Shown here: positions 46,226 to 57,351 of the stretch, piece after piece
How the letters are laid out: every line of letters begins with the position of its first letter
Position numbering within the stretch: the first letter of the stretch is position 1
Virus record (IMG/VR): IMGVR_UViG_3300034068_000286
Location: 22,544 to 86,543 of that record
Length of the DNA: 64,000 nt
From: a virus
Direction: 5' to 3' (one strand)
Program-made: the position numbers and the translations under genes
Notes under the pieces: generated by a model
The model's input: the letters and a program-made list of their open reading frames with translations, nothing else
Databases searched by the model: none
What the model was told of the DNA's origin: nothing

Positions 46226-48295
46226 TTATTGCCACGCACCAGTGCCATTATATCTATGTGTAAAAGAAAAGTCCCAAGTCTTACGCTCATCTAATAATGT
46301 CATTTCTTCCGAGTACTCTTGGTTAGTAAATTGACTTTCGCCGCCGCTACCAGGTAATGCCAGCTTGCGAGCACGTTTAGCGGCTACACTATCAGCACGG
46401 CTAAACTCACTGTAGTGCCAAGCATCGTCACGTTGAACAAAGTCGTAATAAAAATCAGCGATCCAATTACCATTCACGTCAATGTCAAACTTGAACATAC
46501 CTGTAAAGTTACAGCCCATTCTGTCCCCAAACTCTCGATTGCTAAATTCTGGAGTAATTGTCAAGTCTATAGTATATGCGCCGCGACTGCGCCACATTAG
46601 ACGAAGTAAAGGCCAAATTTCATTTACAAGACTATCGGCAAAACTATTGATGCCAGGCTTAATTATGTTGTAATCAAACACTTCGTACTCTACTTCACGT
46701 ACCACGCTGTTGTCAAAGTTTAATTTACATATATCATTGACACCACTGCGGTTAGTGAAGTCAATATTCTCTTCTGTTACTACGTTGTTAAGGAATATAT
46801 TAAACGTAGTCAAGCGAATTAAACGATGCACCTTACTGTTATCATAATCTTTGGTAATCCAGTTGCCTTCAAAGTAGCTTTTGGCAATGTTGTACTTGTC
46901 TGTGTTCTGTGCCAGGATAGTATCTGGCGGAATAGTAAAGCCGTGTCCGGCACTGACGTTGGTTAAATTGTTGTTGCGATTGCGCCAAATAAAAGTCATT
47001 GACTCATAAAAGTCTTGTGGAGTTTCTGTAGGGAATCCAATGATCCAATTAGAGAAAGCTTCAACACCTACTAGTTTGCCGTGACGTAAATTCTGTTCCA
47101 TTTCTTCAACAGTAACGCCCTTGTCCATATCAGCAAGAACCTTGGTACTGCCGCTTTCAATGCCGTAACTTAAACTGATACAGCCACTTGCCGCAAGATC
47201 TTTGTAGTATTCCAAATCCATACGCCCATCACATCTAGCATAGCCTGTCCAGGCTATTTTCATTTCACGTGCAATTACACCTTTACAAAATGCTCGTAGC
47301 TCATTTAGGTTGCCATTTACTAAACTGTCCAAGAACCAAATAACATTAACGCCGCGGTTGAAGTATAAGTCTGCTACTTCTTCTAGGATATTACGTGCCT
47401 GACGTCCGCGATACTTCCAAAAGTGTGTTTCACTGCAGAACACACACTTGGCAGTACAACCACGACTGAGTTCTGCATTGACGCCGTTGGGGAAACCATA
47501 ATCAAGCGGATCAAAATAACTGTAGTCAGGTGGTGGCAATTGATCCAAGTCTAGTCGCTGTCCGTCTGTTTGACGTAACCAACGCTGACGTCCATCAAAC
47601 TTGCCTGCTTCTATTTCTTCTAATGCTTCTAGTAACAACTGTTCGCCTTCGCCTGTGATGATGTAGTCGTACTCGGGTTCAGGTTGCCAGTAACTTTGGT
47701 GACATTGTGGACCACCAATCATGACAATTATGTGTGGATATCTGCGCTTTAATTCTTTGACCATCCACTTGGTGGGTTCTTGGTTACAGTAATAAAGACT
47801 AAAGCCTACTATAGTAGGATTCAATTCTCCAATTTTATCTAAGTACTGGTTTAAGAAGGGTTCCACATACTTGTGTAGATATTCATAGTAGTGATTATCC
47901 ATCCAGCGCCATTCTCTACTGCCATCCCAGGGATTAAAGTCCAGACCTGGCCAGTTGGCATGGTCAACGTGTGCTTTAGCATTTAAGTCAAATGCGTCAG
48001 TTGCATAGCCAGCATCGCGACTAATAGCCGCAAGTCGTGCTATATTGTATGGAGGAAAGTTATGAGCCCACTCTGGCAACAACATAAACACCACACTGGT
48101 ATTGCGTGTAGCAGGAGTTATCTCTACTTGTGTTAGGTTGCCTTGTGGCCTGGCACGAGCGAACGGCTGTAGTGCTTCTAGTACCTTGCGGTGTTTGGCG
48201 TCGTAATCTTCTTCTACTTTAGCAACAGGCTTTGTCTCTTTAAGAGCATAAATCTTTTGCCAGCCATATACGCTGTTTTCTTTGGGTTTAGTCAT
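46226..48295 (-). CDS. B12-binding radical SAM protein
   Basis: IGGP, GEGE, SRGCTAKCVFC, GIESGS, GFPTET. Confidence 0.9.
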   Translation of the reverse strand: MTKPKENSVYGWQKIYALKETKPVAKVEEDYDAKHRKVLEALQPFARARPQGNLTQVEITPATRNTSVVFMLLPEWAHNFPPYNIARLAAISRDAGYATDAFDLNAKAHVDHANWPGLDFNPWDGSREWRWMDNHYYEYLHKYVEPFLNQYLDKIGELNPTIVGFSLYYCNQEPTKWMVKELKRRYPHIIVMIGGPQCHQSYWQPEPEYDYIITGEGEQLLLEALEEIEAGKFDGRQRWLRQTDGQRLDLDQLPPPDYSYFDPLDYGFPNGVNAELSRGCTAKCVFCSETHFWKYRGRQARNILEEVADLYFNRGVNVIWFLDSLVNGNLNELRAFCKGVIAREMKIAWTGYARCDGRMDLEYYKDLAASGCISLSYGIESGSTKVLADMDKGVTVEEMEQNLRHGKLVGVEAFSNWIIGFPTETPQDFYESMTFIWRNRNNNLTNVSAGHGFTIPPDTILAQNTDKYNIAKSYFEGNWITKDYDNSKVHRLIRLTTFNIFLNNVVTEENIDFTNRSGVNDICKLNFDNSVVREVEYEVFDYNIIKPGINSFADSLVNEIWPLLRLMWRSRGAYTIDLTITPEFSNREFGDRMGCNFTGMFKFDIDVNGNWIADFYYDFVQRDDAWHYSEFSRADSVAAKRARKLALPGSGGESQFTNQEYSEEMTLLDERKTWDFSFTHRYNGTGAWQ

Positions 48296-49451
48296 CTTGC
48301 CATTCTACTAAAAAATCAGGCCATAGTTCATTGAATGAATGTTTCTTGTCACTTAGATATTTTACTTCTGTAGCATGTGTCCAGTCTGTAAATTCTAATT
48401 TCTTTACCAACCACTCATCCCCTGTTCGACCAATGGTCGTAACTAACTGATCTCTAATATTTTCCAACGCACTCATATCATAGCCGCTGGTGCCGTATTT
48501 GGATATGCACAGATCTAATTCTGCCAAGGCCTTATGTTTAAAGTTATCAGGTAATTTGAATACATTTAAGCTACGTATGTTTTGTATAGCACACCAATAT
48601 ACTTCGTTGAAGTAGCCTTCGCTGATGATAAAGTCGTAATACTCGCACAGGTTAAACGCAGAGTAGGTACAGTATAACGGATGTGCATTTATCATTTTTA
48701 CACCTTGCTTGTCGAGATATCGTAGATTGTCAACAAAGGTCGTCCATTCTGCACCATGACGTACATACTCAAAGCGGTCGCCTACTGTATCAAAACTAAT
48801 GCCCCACTGTGCATTTTCGTTGGCAATTAACTTGGGTGCAATAGTATTGTTGGGTAGATCGATACTTAGGTTAGAAAGGATGTAATAATTCTTTGTAGGC
48901 AACAAATCAATTAACTTGTGGTTCTGCTTTTGTAGCAAAGGCTCACCGCCCAACAAGTTAATTGTTTCAATACTGTCTAAGCTATCTATATTTTCTGCTA
49001 TTAGTGTAAACAAACTGTCTTCTGCTTCGGCTTTGTTGGCATTAACCTTGATACCTTTAAGTATACTCCATTTGCTACTAAAATATTCGTAGCAGTAATT
49101 GCAGGCTAGGTTACATAAATTACTCCAACGTAGATCTAGCTTTTGAAGTTCAAATGTTTCTTTGGTAGCTGATTCAAATATTTCAAATTTATTTGCACTA
49201 CCAGTATCTACACGCTCGCTTCTAGCACCCATGGCTTCCAACTTTTGGCATTGTTCACATTGTGGGTGCCAGCGTTCTTCTATAATGGCCTGTCGTATGC
49301 TTTGTGCCACAGGTCCTTGTAGGATTTCTTGTATGCTTTGTTTATTAATGTCACCAATATCTATTTTGGCACTACAGCAGGTTTTAACTCCGCCGTCGGC
49401 CCCTAGGAAAATAGTGTTAAATGGGTAAGCGCAAAAGGTTTCTTTATTCAT
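48288..49451 (-). CDS. Radical SAM protein with N-terminal SPASM/twitch domain
   Basis: CAYPF..CC..CEQC; CNLACNYC; GGEP. Confidence 0.9.
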   Translation of the reverse strand: MNKETFCAYPFNTIFLGADGGVKTCCSAKIDIGDINKQSIQEILQGPVAQSIRQAIIEERWHPQCEQCQKLEAMGARSERVDTGSANKFEIFESATKETFELQKLDLRWSNLCNLACNYCYEYFSSKWSILKGIKVNANKAEAEDSLFTLIAENIDSLDSIETINLLGGEPLLQKQNHKLIDLLPTKNYYILSNLSIDLPNNTIAPKLIANENAQWGISFDTVGDRFEYVRHGAEWTTFVDNLRYLDKQGVKMINAHPLYCTYSAFNLCEYYDFIISEGYFNEVYWCAIQNIRSLNVFKLPDNFKHKALAELDLCISKYGTSGYDMSALENIRDQLVTTIGRTGDEWLVKKLEFTDWTHATEVKYLSDKKHSFNELWPDFLVEWQDD

Positions 49452-51219
49452 TGTTTAATAATTTATCTACAAATTTGGCGGCAAGTTGCTCGTGAAACTC
49501 TGTGTGTGGATGATAGAATCCATGCACCTGATCAGGGTCGTTCCAGCTTACTAAATTGCCAAGGCAAAGATCACGGTCAACTATACTTGAAAATCCACGA
49601 ATGTCTGTGACCATTGCCATAAAGCGTTCGTTCAACGTGGCATCTGTTACATAGTTAGCATAATCTGTCATATTATGATGAATAAATTGTACCAGTACTC
49701 TGCCGTCATATTGTCTGTTTAATAATTCAAGATAGCGCAATGACATGAAGTAATTAAAAAATGTAAAGTAGTCATTGGCTATATGCGTTGTAAAATCATT
49801 ATGAAATTGCTCATTGGGCCAACGGTCTGGCCAGCCAACAATTGGAGTGGCAGGGTGCGGCCATCCAAATCTCTCTTCTTTAGTAAAATACATCCAACGA
49901 TCCATACTAGTAGCACCAACTATGATTAAATCATTGTCAGTGATGTGACCATCAAATCTATCTTTTTCAATGCAGTATATAATACCTTGCATACTACTAC
50001 CCGGTAGCCCCCTATTAAACAAAGGAACTCCTAATTTTTCAGCAACCTTGCCAGCCCAAGTTAATTTTTGCTGGGCCGCGATCACATCATCACGACCGGC
50101 TACTGGATATTTTGCATAAAAGTCTGTTGGATTTTTATAACTACGTTTTATTTTATCAAGTTCTTTGGCAGTCATTTTTGGTTCACAGAACAAGTGATCT
50201 GCTAATTCACTTCCTGCTGTGTGGCTACATCCGTAAGCTACAACTCGATTAAATTTAATAACTTGACTGTTTCGTGTAAATGATTTGAGTGGTGGCATGC
50301 CCCATTCGTTGTGTAATATTTCAATTGCCGCTGGGCGAAGCTGGTATAAATTTTCTTTAAACGTTTCTCTAAAGAATGTAATCTTCCAATCACCTACTAT
50401 ACCTTTTGTTCTAAGAAACTCTCCCAGTACATCTGCATTTTCTGGTGTGGTATGAAATCTATGCATGGTAATCATCTTGGCTCCTGCCTTGGCAGCACTT
50501 TCAAACTCAGCTTTTAACTGGGCAGGTGTTAATCTTTCATTGCGATCAAATCCGCCGTACTGACCAAACATTGTTTTTTCTTCAGACTTTATCCATTTTT
50601 CTTTGTCTTGAGCATATATCCAGTACAATGATGCTTCACTGCTTTTTAAAACAGGTTGCGAATAGATATCATAGTTTAGTGATAGTAGTTTTTCTAACAG
50701 GTCACGAACCAAGTCATTTTTCCAAATAAAGGGTGTGATTGGATACATTTCACTGACAGCCGTTACATCTACTCCAAGTACCTTACAAGAATTAATTTGG
50801 TCTATACTTGGCACTTCTCCCTTGTCCCTATCAAACAGTTTGACTTTTAAATTTCCATTATCAAAGAAATCTTCAAACTTGGTATCAGTGATTAAAAAGT
50901 TTTTACTGTCTAAGATGACGCTGTAATCAGCTTTGGATTCACTTGCGGCCCACATTTTTAATATCTGTTGTCTGTGCCAGCCATCAGTTGCAACAAGCCG
51001 TGGACCAGTTACAATGTTTAAGATCCAGTCTGGCATTTCTGATGCAATATGTGCATTTATCCAGTCAATGACCTTTAGGTAGACTGACTGATCTTCAACC
51101 ACAATGGTCCAACGCTTCTCTCCTGTCCAGTACTTTTCAAGGCTGAGTGCATGATAATATAAAGGAGCCAAGTCACCACTATAGGTAACTGTGATTAATT
51201 CTGCTGTGGTAGGTCGCAT
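49444..51219 (-). CDS. Fusion of putative glycosyltransferase-like N-terminus and SGNH-like C-terminus
   Basis: GW.RQQILK...LDSKN; GCSHT.G...N.G.PG...HP. Confidence 0.55.
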   Translation of the reverse strand: MRPTTAELITVTYSGDLAPLYYHALSLEKYWTGEKRWTIVVEDQSVYLKVIDWINAHIASEMPDWILNIVTGPRLVATDGWHRQQILKMWAASESKADYSVILDSKNFLITDTKFEDFFDNGNLKVKLFDRDKGEVPSIDQINSCKVLGVDVTAVSEMYPITPFIWKNDLVRDLLEKLLSLNYDIYSQPVLKSSEASLYWIYAQDKEKWIKSEEKTMFGQYGGFDRNERLTPAQLKAEFESAAKAGAKMITMHRFHTTPENADVLGEFLRTKGIVGDWKITFFRETFKENLYQLRPAAIEILHNEWGMPPLKSFTRNSQVIKFNRVVAYGCSHTAGSELADHLFCEPKMTAKELDKIKRSYKNPTDFYAKYPVAGRDDVIAAQQKLTWAGKVAEKLGVPLFNRGLPGSSMQGIIYCIEKDRFDGHITDNDLIIVGATSMDRWMYFTKEERFGWPHPATPIVGWPDRWPNEQFHNDFTTHIANDYFTFFNYFMSLRYLELLNRQYDGRVLVQFIHHNMTDYANYVTDATLNERFMAMVTDIRGFSSIVDRDLCLGNLVSWNDPDQVHGFYHPHTEFHEQLAAKFVDKLLNNE

Positions 51220-52493
51220 GAGGGGTCCGCTGGTTTATTTTTTATAGATCTGTCGTTGATTTCGTGCGTAAAGATTCTGTCTATACTGCTGTTCTGTCCG
51301 CATGTGTCCGCACAGTAACTTAATCGACCGTTTTCAACTTGGTCAATTGACCATGTATCGGCAAACACACGGTCTAGGTGTTCTGCGCTTAATATTTCAG
51401 CCAATGAATGTGTATCTAAGCTAAAGTGTTCCCAGCCGTAATCATTCATGTGCTTGTGCAACTGTAAGCTACGAGTATCTGTGTATACACCATTCAAGTG
51501 TGTTCCAATATAACAGCAAGGCATTACACGGCCAAAGTTATCAACAAAGATTTCTTTGCCGCCTGTCCAAGTTTTGCTTTTACATTTAATCTCACAGCTA
51601 TTAAATTTTGTATTATCTTCAGCATAGATCCTATGAGTATACACTTCTGCTACTTCTTGTTGGAAGGCCTTGGATATTTGTTTTGTTTCTTTTAGTTTAC
51701 GATAGTCATCTACATCAAAGGGATAAAATGTTACTGCCAGTTCACCCTTGGGTTCAGCTAGGTTACGATTCTTAGCTTGTGCCGGTGCTTCAATGATGTA
51801 GTCTAAGTTGCCGTCTTTATCTAGCACAGGCATTTTGGTAAGGTATTCACCGTTGTCAACGCCCAAGGCTTTCTTGGGTACAAACTCTGTAAACTTCATT
51901 TGTTCTGCTAATGCTTGTGCTTCTTCAATTTGATGCTCGTTATGACGGAAGATCAAGTAGTCCCAGTTGGCACTGCCGCCTGCGTCGATGAATGCCTTGA
52001 CATTTTCCATAAGCACATTCCAATTAACATTACGGCGGTATAAATGATTAGTATCTTCTAAGCCATCAATGCTGAAGGTAATTTGCCAGTATGCGGGGTT
52101 ATGGTCACGTGGAAATTGTGAAAATAGCGCACCCATTTTTGCCCACCAATCAGGCTTACGCATACCACCATTGGTATTCATGCGTACCGCTGTGGTCTTG
52201 CTTACACTGGCAATGTACTCGCAAATTTCAAGTGTGTCTTTAGCTGTTCCTGGATCTCCGTGTACACCACAGAATAGAATAAGTTTGCAACGTTGTATAA
52301 CTTCAGGAGGGAAATACTGCTTGAACTTGTCTAGTGTGATCTGCCCGATTTCTAAATCAGGTCTTGCATGTGGGCTGTTGTTATGGAATCGCACACACAT
52401 AGGGCAAGCGGCATTGCAACCATTGGTTAACTCAATGTGCATTTGCTCTAGTTCATTCATGTTCCAGAATGCTTCAGTATTTTCTATAGTCAT
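51195..52493 (-). CDS. Radical SAM protein with C-terminal SPASM domain
   Basis: CNAACPMC; GDP; TNG; PCC...C..TC. Confidence 0.9.
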   Translation of the reverse strand: MTIENTEAFWNMNELEQMHIELTNGCNAACPMCVRFHNNSPHARPDLEIGQITLDKFKQYFPPEVIQRCKLILFCGVHGDPGTAKDTLEICEYIASVSKTTAVRMNTNGGMRKPDWWAKMGALFSQFPRDHNPAYWQITFSIDGLEDTNHLYRRNVNWNVLMENVKAFIDAGGSANWDYLIFRHNEHQIEEAQALAEQMKFTEFVPKKALGVDNGEYLTKMPVLDKDGNLDYIIEAPAQAKNRNLAEPKGELAVTFYPFDVDDYRKLKETKQISKAFQQEVAEVYTHRIYAEDNTKFNSCEIKCKSKTWTGGKEIFVDNFGRVMPCCYIGTHLNGVYTDTRSLQLHKHMNDYGWEHFSLDTHSLAEILSAEHLDRVFADTWSIDQVENGRLSYCADTCGQNSSIDRIFTHEINDRSIKNKPADPSCDLPQQN

Positions 52494-53124
52494 TTAAGTA
52501 TTTTTCTAATATGTAATAATCATTCTTGTCGTAATGACGAGCAACAGGCAAGTACTGTAATTCTATGTCACCGTCGGCTCTTGCACCATTTTCCCCCAAG
52601 TATGTATTACCAACAAAGGCAAAGTCAACAATACTGGGATTATTTCTTAGCCAATCCATTTTCATGTTTAACGCTTCGTTTACATCAATAGCAGGCATAC
52701 CTAATGGCGGAGTGCTCATGTTCCATGCCAGGTAAGGTATGTTTCTTTGCGCTAACAATCCGTCAAACATAATCATATCAGTTAGAAATCGATCTAATAT
52801 AGCCGACGGATGTTCTACGGCCGCAAGTTCTTCAAATAGTGGGCCGTGTTTATGTGTTTGGCACCACCCATTGCTAATAGCAATGTATTCAGCCCTTGGG
52901 AGATTGTGATCGAAAAAAGATTCAGTTCTATTGAAGAATGTGATAGGGTATAAGACATAGTCTGGGTTGCCGTTTTTGAGTATCCATTCCACTGTGGTAC
53001 GCATGACTCTGCGATTGCTTCCGCCACATTCGGCAATGTTAACAATGTTGTAACCTTCAAACCAATTGGTAGGCTTCCAGTTATAAGCATAAGAACAGCC
53101 GTTAATTAAAACAGTCTTAGACAT
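52474..53124 (-). CDS. SGNH-hydrolase-like protein
   Basis: NGCSY, NIA..GGSN, terminal H. Confidence 0.6.
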   Translation of the reverse strand: MSKTVLINGCSYAYNWKPTNWFEGYNIVNIAECGGSNRRVMRTTVEWILKNGNPDYVLYPITFFNRTESFFDHNLPRAEYIAISNGWCQTHKHGPLFEELAAVEHPSAILDRFLTDMIMFDGLLAQRNIPYLAWNMSTPPLGMPAIDVNEALNMKMDWLRNNPSIVDFAFVGNTYLGENGARADGDIELQYLPVARHYDKNDYYILEKYLNDYRKY

Positions 53125-54346
53125 GCGCTTTTACAACTCGACCGTATGCTTCAAATGTTTTAAAGAAGTCTTGCTCACGATAATCATCGTGTGTTTTAAT
53201 TGTACTTAGGAACTTGGCCCATTCTTCTTCTGAACAAGGTGTACCGTTTTCCAAGAATCCAATGATACCAGGCAACTGATACCATGCATGTTCATACTGT
53301 TTAGGAATGTTATGCAGTCTATCAAGTACAGCTTCTTTAATGTCAGCGGGTAAACTACTCATGTTATAATGAGCAGGACGATGTACTAGGTTTAAGTATA
53401 GGCCAAAGTCTGTAAAGTTATCATAGTATGCATCCAGTGTTTCAGGCAAGTTGTAGATGTTGATACTACTGAGTGTAATGCACCAGCTCAAACTTAAATT
53501 GCCGTGCAGTTTACTAAAGGCACTGGCTTTCTTCATGTTATCTACTGCTTCTGTCCATACAGCAGGATAACGCATGTACTCAAACTGTTCGCCTGTGCCA
53601 TCAATACTAAAGCTCAGATTAACGTGCTTGAAGTTTTTCCAAACTTCTGTTTCTTCTGGCCATGTTGTGCCATTGGTGTTGTAGTGTAGCTCGATATCTT
53701 TGGCATAGCCGTTGTCTACACAAAGCTTTAGCACTTCCCACATCTTCTTACTAAGAAATGGTTCACCACCATAAAAGTCAAACTGTTTGATTGTGCTTAG
53801 GTTATTGGCCAAGTCATCCCAGAAAGGACTGTCCTCATCATATGTCTGATGATACTTTTTCATCTCAATGGCATAATCTTTGTAGGTGGTACGTTCAGTA
53901 TGATTTAGGTCATAATCTTCTTTCATCCATAAACTACTAATAGTAGGATGACATGTACGGCACTTAATGTTACAGGTGTTGCCTAAGTTAAGTTCAAACT
54001 TGGCAAGTCCAGTGAATGGTTCTGCAAAGTCATATTCTATACCATGAAAGTATTTGTCGTTGTCACGTAGACGTTTGCTCTTACGGCCGCCATCTTCTTC
54101 TTGCCAACATTGATTACAAGCACGATCACGTACACCTGCTGTTAAGTTAGACTTAATGCTTTGAGCAATAGGGTTGTTAAAGTTTTCTTCAATTGTTTTA
54201 CTACCCAAGAACCATACTCGTTCCCCGCCCATGTAGTTGTACGACTCATCGATCATGCAACACATTTTACTAGAGCCGTCGTTGTTGCCGCTCATGCCAT
54301 GTAGTGCATTCACGCACCAGCTGTGTTTATTGTCCTGGTTCATCAT
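53117..54346 (-). CDS. Radical SAM protein with N-terminal twitch domain
   Basis: CNIKCRTC; GGEP; TNG. Confidence 0.9.
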   Translation of the reverse strand: MMNQDNKHSWCVNALHGMSGNNDGSSKMCCMIDESYNYMGGERVWFLGSKTIEENFNNPIAQSIKSNLTAGVRDRACNQCWQEEDGGRKSKRLRDNDKYFHGIEYDFAEPFTGLAKFELNLGNTCNIKCRTCHPTISSLWMKEDYDLNHTERTTYKDYAIEMKKYHQTYDEDSPFWDDLANNLSTIKQFDFYGGEPFLSKKMWEVLKLCVDNGYAKDIELHYNTNGTTWPEETEVWKNFKHVNLSFSIDGTGEQFEYMRYPAVWTEAVDNMKKASAFSKLHGNLSLSWCITLSSINIYNLPETLDAYYDNFTDFGLYLNLVHRPAHYNMSSLPADIKEAVLDRLHNIPKQYEHAWYQLPGIIGFLENGTPCSEEEWAKFLSTIKTHDDYREQDFFKTFEAYGRVVKAHV

Positions 54347-55697
54347 AGTTTAAGTATACCTGTTTGCATAATGCATAAAATTCTTTGTATTCAGGGAATA
54401 ACTCTATTAAGTTAGTACCTAGTCTGTTGTCATTTTCATTGAAGAAACTAAAAAAGTCTCTACGACCTGCACGGATGTGTTCTGGTGTTAATTCATGTTC
54501 CTTCATATAACCAGTCACACGCTTGAACTTCTCATATTCAACACTGGTAAAGTAATCTGGATTATCTTTGATAAAATCCATGTTAGCATCCATGTAAGGA
54601 ATAAAATCTGGAGTTAGAATTTTAATCATCCAGTGTGGTGGTTCTTTCAAGTAAGGTGTATCAAATGATATAGCTTCCTTACCAAATTCTTTACGCCATT
54701 CAATTACTTTTTCTAGGAATGCACGGAATGTAGCAACGCATAATACATTGAATGTACACATCAAATTAATTGTGGCACCAGTCTTCATAACTGCTTTCAT
54801 GTTGCGTTCCCAATGAGCACAATCCATGCCTGTACGCATGTACTCTGCTTGAGCACCCCAACCTTCAATACTAGTAAAGAAGCTGAACTTACGAATCTTC
54901 TTTTGTGCCAGTAAACTTTCTACACGTAGAATCAAGTCATCAACCTTGGCAAAGCTTACACCCAAGTTACTGTTAAGTGTAATCTCCAACTGCGGCGCAG
55001 GCTCTTTTTCTAGCAGATCAAAGAACTGCATGGCACCTTTGTTCATTAACGGCTCGCCTCCAGTAATACGAAGTGTATGTAGGTCATGCTTGAGACTTGG
55101 CCACCACTTCCAAAATGCTTCAATATAAGGGTTCTCATCTTTAGGACCGTAGTATGTTCCTGTCTTTACGAACTCAATGCCATACTGATTGTATGTTAGG
55201 TCATGGTTGCCAAACTTTTTAGTTTCCTCCATCCATAACGTACTGGCTTGCGGACTGCAATAACCACAGCGATAGTTACAGTTATTGCCAAAGCTGACTT
55301 CTAGGTAGCGTGGGTTAATGGGTGCGTCCCAAGGTAGCTCTGCTAACTTTTCAATAAGTGGTGCAGAAAAGTCTGAGCTACTGTGGATCATACGATCGCT
55401 GATGTGATCACCTTCCAAGTCTTCAATGTTCCAACAGTAGTAGCACTCATCGGGGCGGCCGCCTTCCAACATTGTCTTGCGCTGTTCCTTTTTCCATTTG
55501 GTATTGTGCAGGGCACTTGGATCTACAGCAATCTCATCTAGTGGAATGTGGTGTGGCCGTGGATGATAGCAACTGTGATTATCACCTGTGTGAAGATACA
55601 GAGTCTGGTGCAACCATTTCATTGCACAGAAACCTGGGCCTACTTTATTAAGACGGTCTCGCACATTCTTAATGTGTATTACTCTATTATCTGACAT
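54327..55697 (-). CDS. Radical SAM protein with N-terminal twitch domain
   Basis: CAMKW..HSCYHP; CNYRCGYC; GGEP. Confidence 0.9.
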   Translation of the reverse strand: MSDNRVIHIKNVRDRLNKVGPGFCAMKWLHQTLYLHTGDNHSCYHPRPHHIPLDEIAVDPSALHNTKWKKEQRKTMLEGGRPDECYYCWNIEDLEGDHISDRMIHSSSDFSAPLIEKLAELPWDAPINPRYLEVSFGNNCNYRCGYCSPQASTLWMEETKKFGNHDLTYNQYGIEFVKTGTYYGPKDENPYIEAFWKWWPSLKHDLHTLRITGGEPLMNKGAMQFFDLLEKEPAPQLEITLNSNLGVSFAKVDDLILRVESLLAQKKIRKFSFFTSIEGWGAQAEYMRTGMDCAHWERNMKAVMKTGATINLMCTFNVLCVATFRAFLEKVIEWRKEFGKEAISFDTPYLKEPPHWMIKILTPDFIPYMDANMDFIKDNPDYFTSVEYEKFKRVTGYMKEHELTPEHIRAGRRDFFSFFNENDNRLGTNLIELFPEYKEFYALCKQVYLNYDEPGQ

Positions 55698-57283
55698 TAG
55701 TTTCCTTTTAATTTATTATACGCTTCTTTGCTTACAGTAGCAAGAGCTGAAAGTTCTGGGAAGGTTGCTGTAAAATCTGTGCCTCGGCGATCATCATGTT
55801 CTTTGAAGAATGCATAAAAGTCTGCTCTTGCTGATTCTAGTTCACTATCATATACTGGCTGATTGGCCCAGTCGTACAGTCGCCGAACCTTGTCAATTTC
55901 ATAATCCTTGAAACCTTTAAAAGCAGTTTCTTTTGTTTCCATGTTTGCTTGCATGAACTTGATACTTTCTTCTAGTACTTTTAAATTTTCTTTGGGAAGA
56001 ATTTTTAAACTCAACCAATTTGGATCCATTAACATTGGAACATCAAACCAAATCAGTTGGCGGTTAGTGTTAAATTCTTGTCGCAGTTTGAGAATGTTCT
56101 TTACATATTCAAGCCACCCAGGTATACTTAGCGCATTGAATGTTACAATGAAAGTTAAGCTGTGCTTTTTACCTTGGCGCAAGAATTTAGTCACATTGTT
56201 ATACATAACTTCAAAGTCTAGCCCATTGCGAATATATTCTGCTTGCTTGCCCCAGGAGTCTAAGCTACAGTAAAGCATAAAGTGATCAATGGCGTTGGCA
56301 TTTTCAAGAGCAGATAAACTTGTCAAAAACTTATTCCATTGATCACCAGGTGGACAGCAGTTACTAGTAATACTTAAATGCAAATCAGGATTTATGGGCT
56401 TTTCAAGCACATAGTCAAATACCTTAAAAGTATTTTTATCCATCAAGGGCTCGCCACCCGTCATACGGAAAGTTTGTAGTGTAGGATACACTGATGGGAA
56501 CCAGTCCCAAAATGCCTTCAAGTAAGGATTGTTTGGGCCATTGTCTGGCACCATGTTTGAATCAATCATCCATTGCAAGTCGTTGTGTTTGCCACCAGAT
56601 GGCAGTACGTACGGGCCAAATTTCTCAGCTTCCTTTTGCCACTCGGTGCTAAGGTGAGGACTACAGTAAGCACATTTAAAATTACAGGCCTGGTTAAAGT
56701 TCACTTCAACATATCTAGGCAATGGATTACCACTGTAGCCATCTTCGGCCAGTTCTTTTAAAATACCTGGACGGAATACGTCCTTACTGCGATATGCCCT
56801 GTCGCTTAACTCCTCACCTGAGTCTTCGATGTCCCAACAAAAGCTACACTCTTCGGGACGAACACCGTTGAGCATTTTCTTACGTTGTTCTTTCTTGTGT
56901 TTTGTATTATGAATAGCACCTGAATCTAATGCAATTTCTGCCAAGGGAATATGATGTGCAGGTGGATGATAGCAACTGTGAGTTTTTCCTGTGGGTATAT
57001 GCAGGCTTACATTGTACCATTTGGCCAGGCACATGCTAGGAGATACTTGATTTATAATCTCAAAAACCTTGCGGGTGTCTATTGCGTAGACACTTTTAAG
57101 GTTACCATCAACTGCAACTGCGCCATCGCCACGTTTGCTATTAACAAGAGCCAGTTTTGCTTGTTCTCGTTCTGCTTTAGACATGAAAGTGACCAGCTTT
57201 GGTTCTGTTAACGAACCAATCTTACGCTTAATGGTGTCCTCGGATATATACTTTGGTCCGCTTGCTTTATCAAATATGTTCAT
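55697..57283 (-). CDS. Radical SAM protein, paralog of 54327..55697
   Basis: CLAKW..HSCYHP; CNFKCAYC; GGEP. Confidence 0.9.
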   Translation of the reverse strand: MNIFDKASGPKYISEDTIKRKIGSLTEPKLVTFMSKAEREQAKLALVNSKRGDGAVAVDGNLKSVYAIDTRKVFEIINQVSPSMCLAKWYNVSLHIPTGKTHSCYHPPAHHIPLAEIALDSGAIHNTKHKKEQRKKMLNGVRPEECSFCWDIEDSGEELSDRAYRSKDVFRPGILKELAEDGYSGNPLPRYVEVNFNQACNFKCAYCSPHLSTEWQKEAEKFGPYVLPSGGKHNDLQWMIDSNMVPDNGPNNPYLKAFWDWFPSVYPTLQTFRMTGGEPLMDKNTFKVFDYVLEKPINPDLHLSITSNCCPPGDQWNKFLTSLSALENANAIDHFMLYCSLDSWGKQAEYIRNGLDFEVMYNNVTKFLRQGKKHSLTFIVTFNALSIPGWLEYVKNILKLRQEFNTNRQLIWFDVPMLMDPNWLSLKILPKENLKVLEESIKFMQANMETKETAFKGFKDYEIDKVRRLYDWANQPVYDSELESARADFYAFFKEHDDRRGTDFTATFPELSALATVSKEAYNKLKGN

Positions 57284-57314
57284 ATGTACGTACTTATCAG
57301 ATTGTAAAAAGCAC

Positions 57315-57337
57315 TAAAGGCCGCATTGCGGCCTTTA
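57315..57337. terminator. Intrinsic terminator upstream of the radical SAM operon
   Basis: TAAAGGCCGC-ATT-GCGGCCTTTA. Confidence 0.75.
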
Positions 57338-57351
57338 TTGAGATGTGTTAG

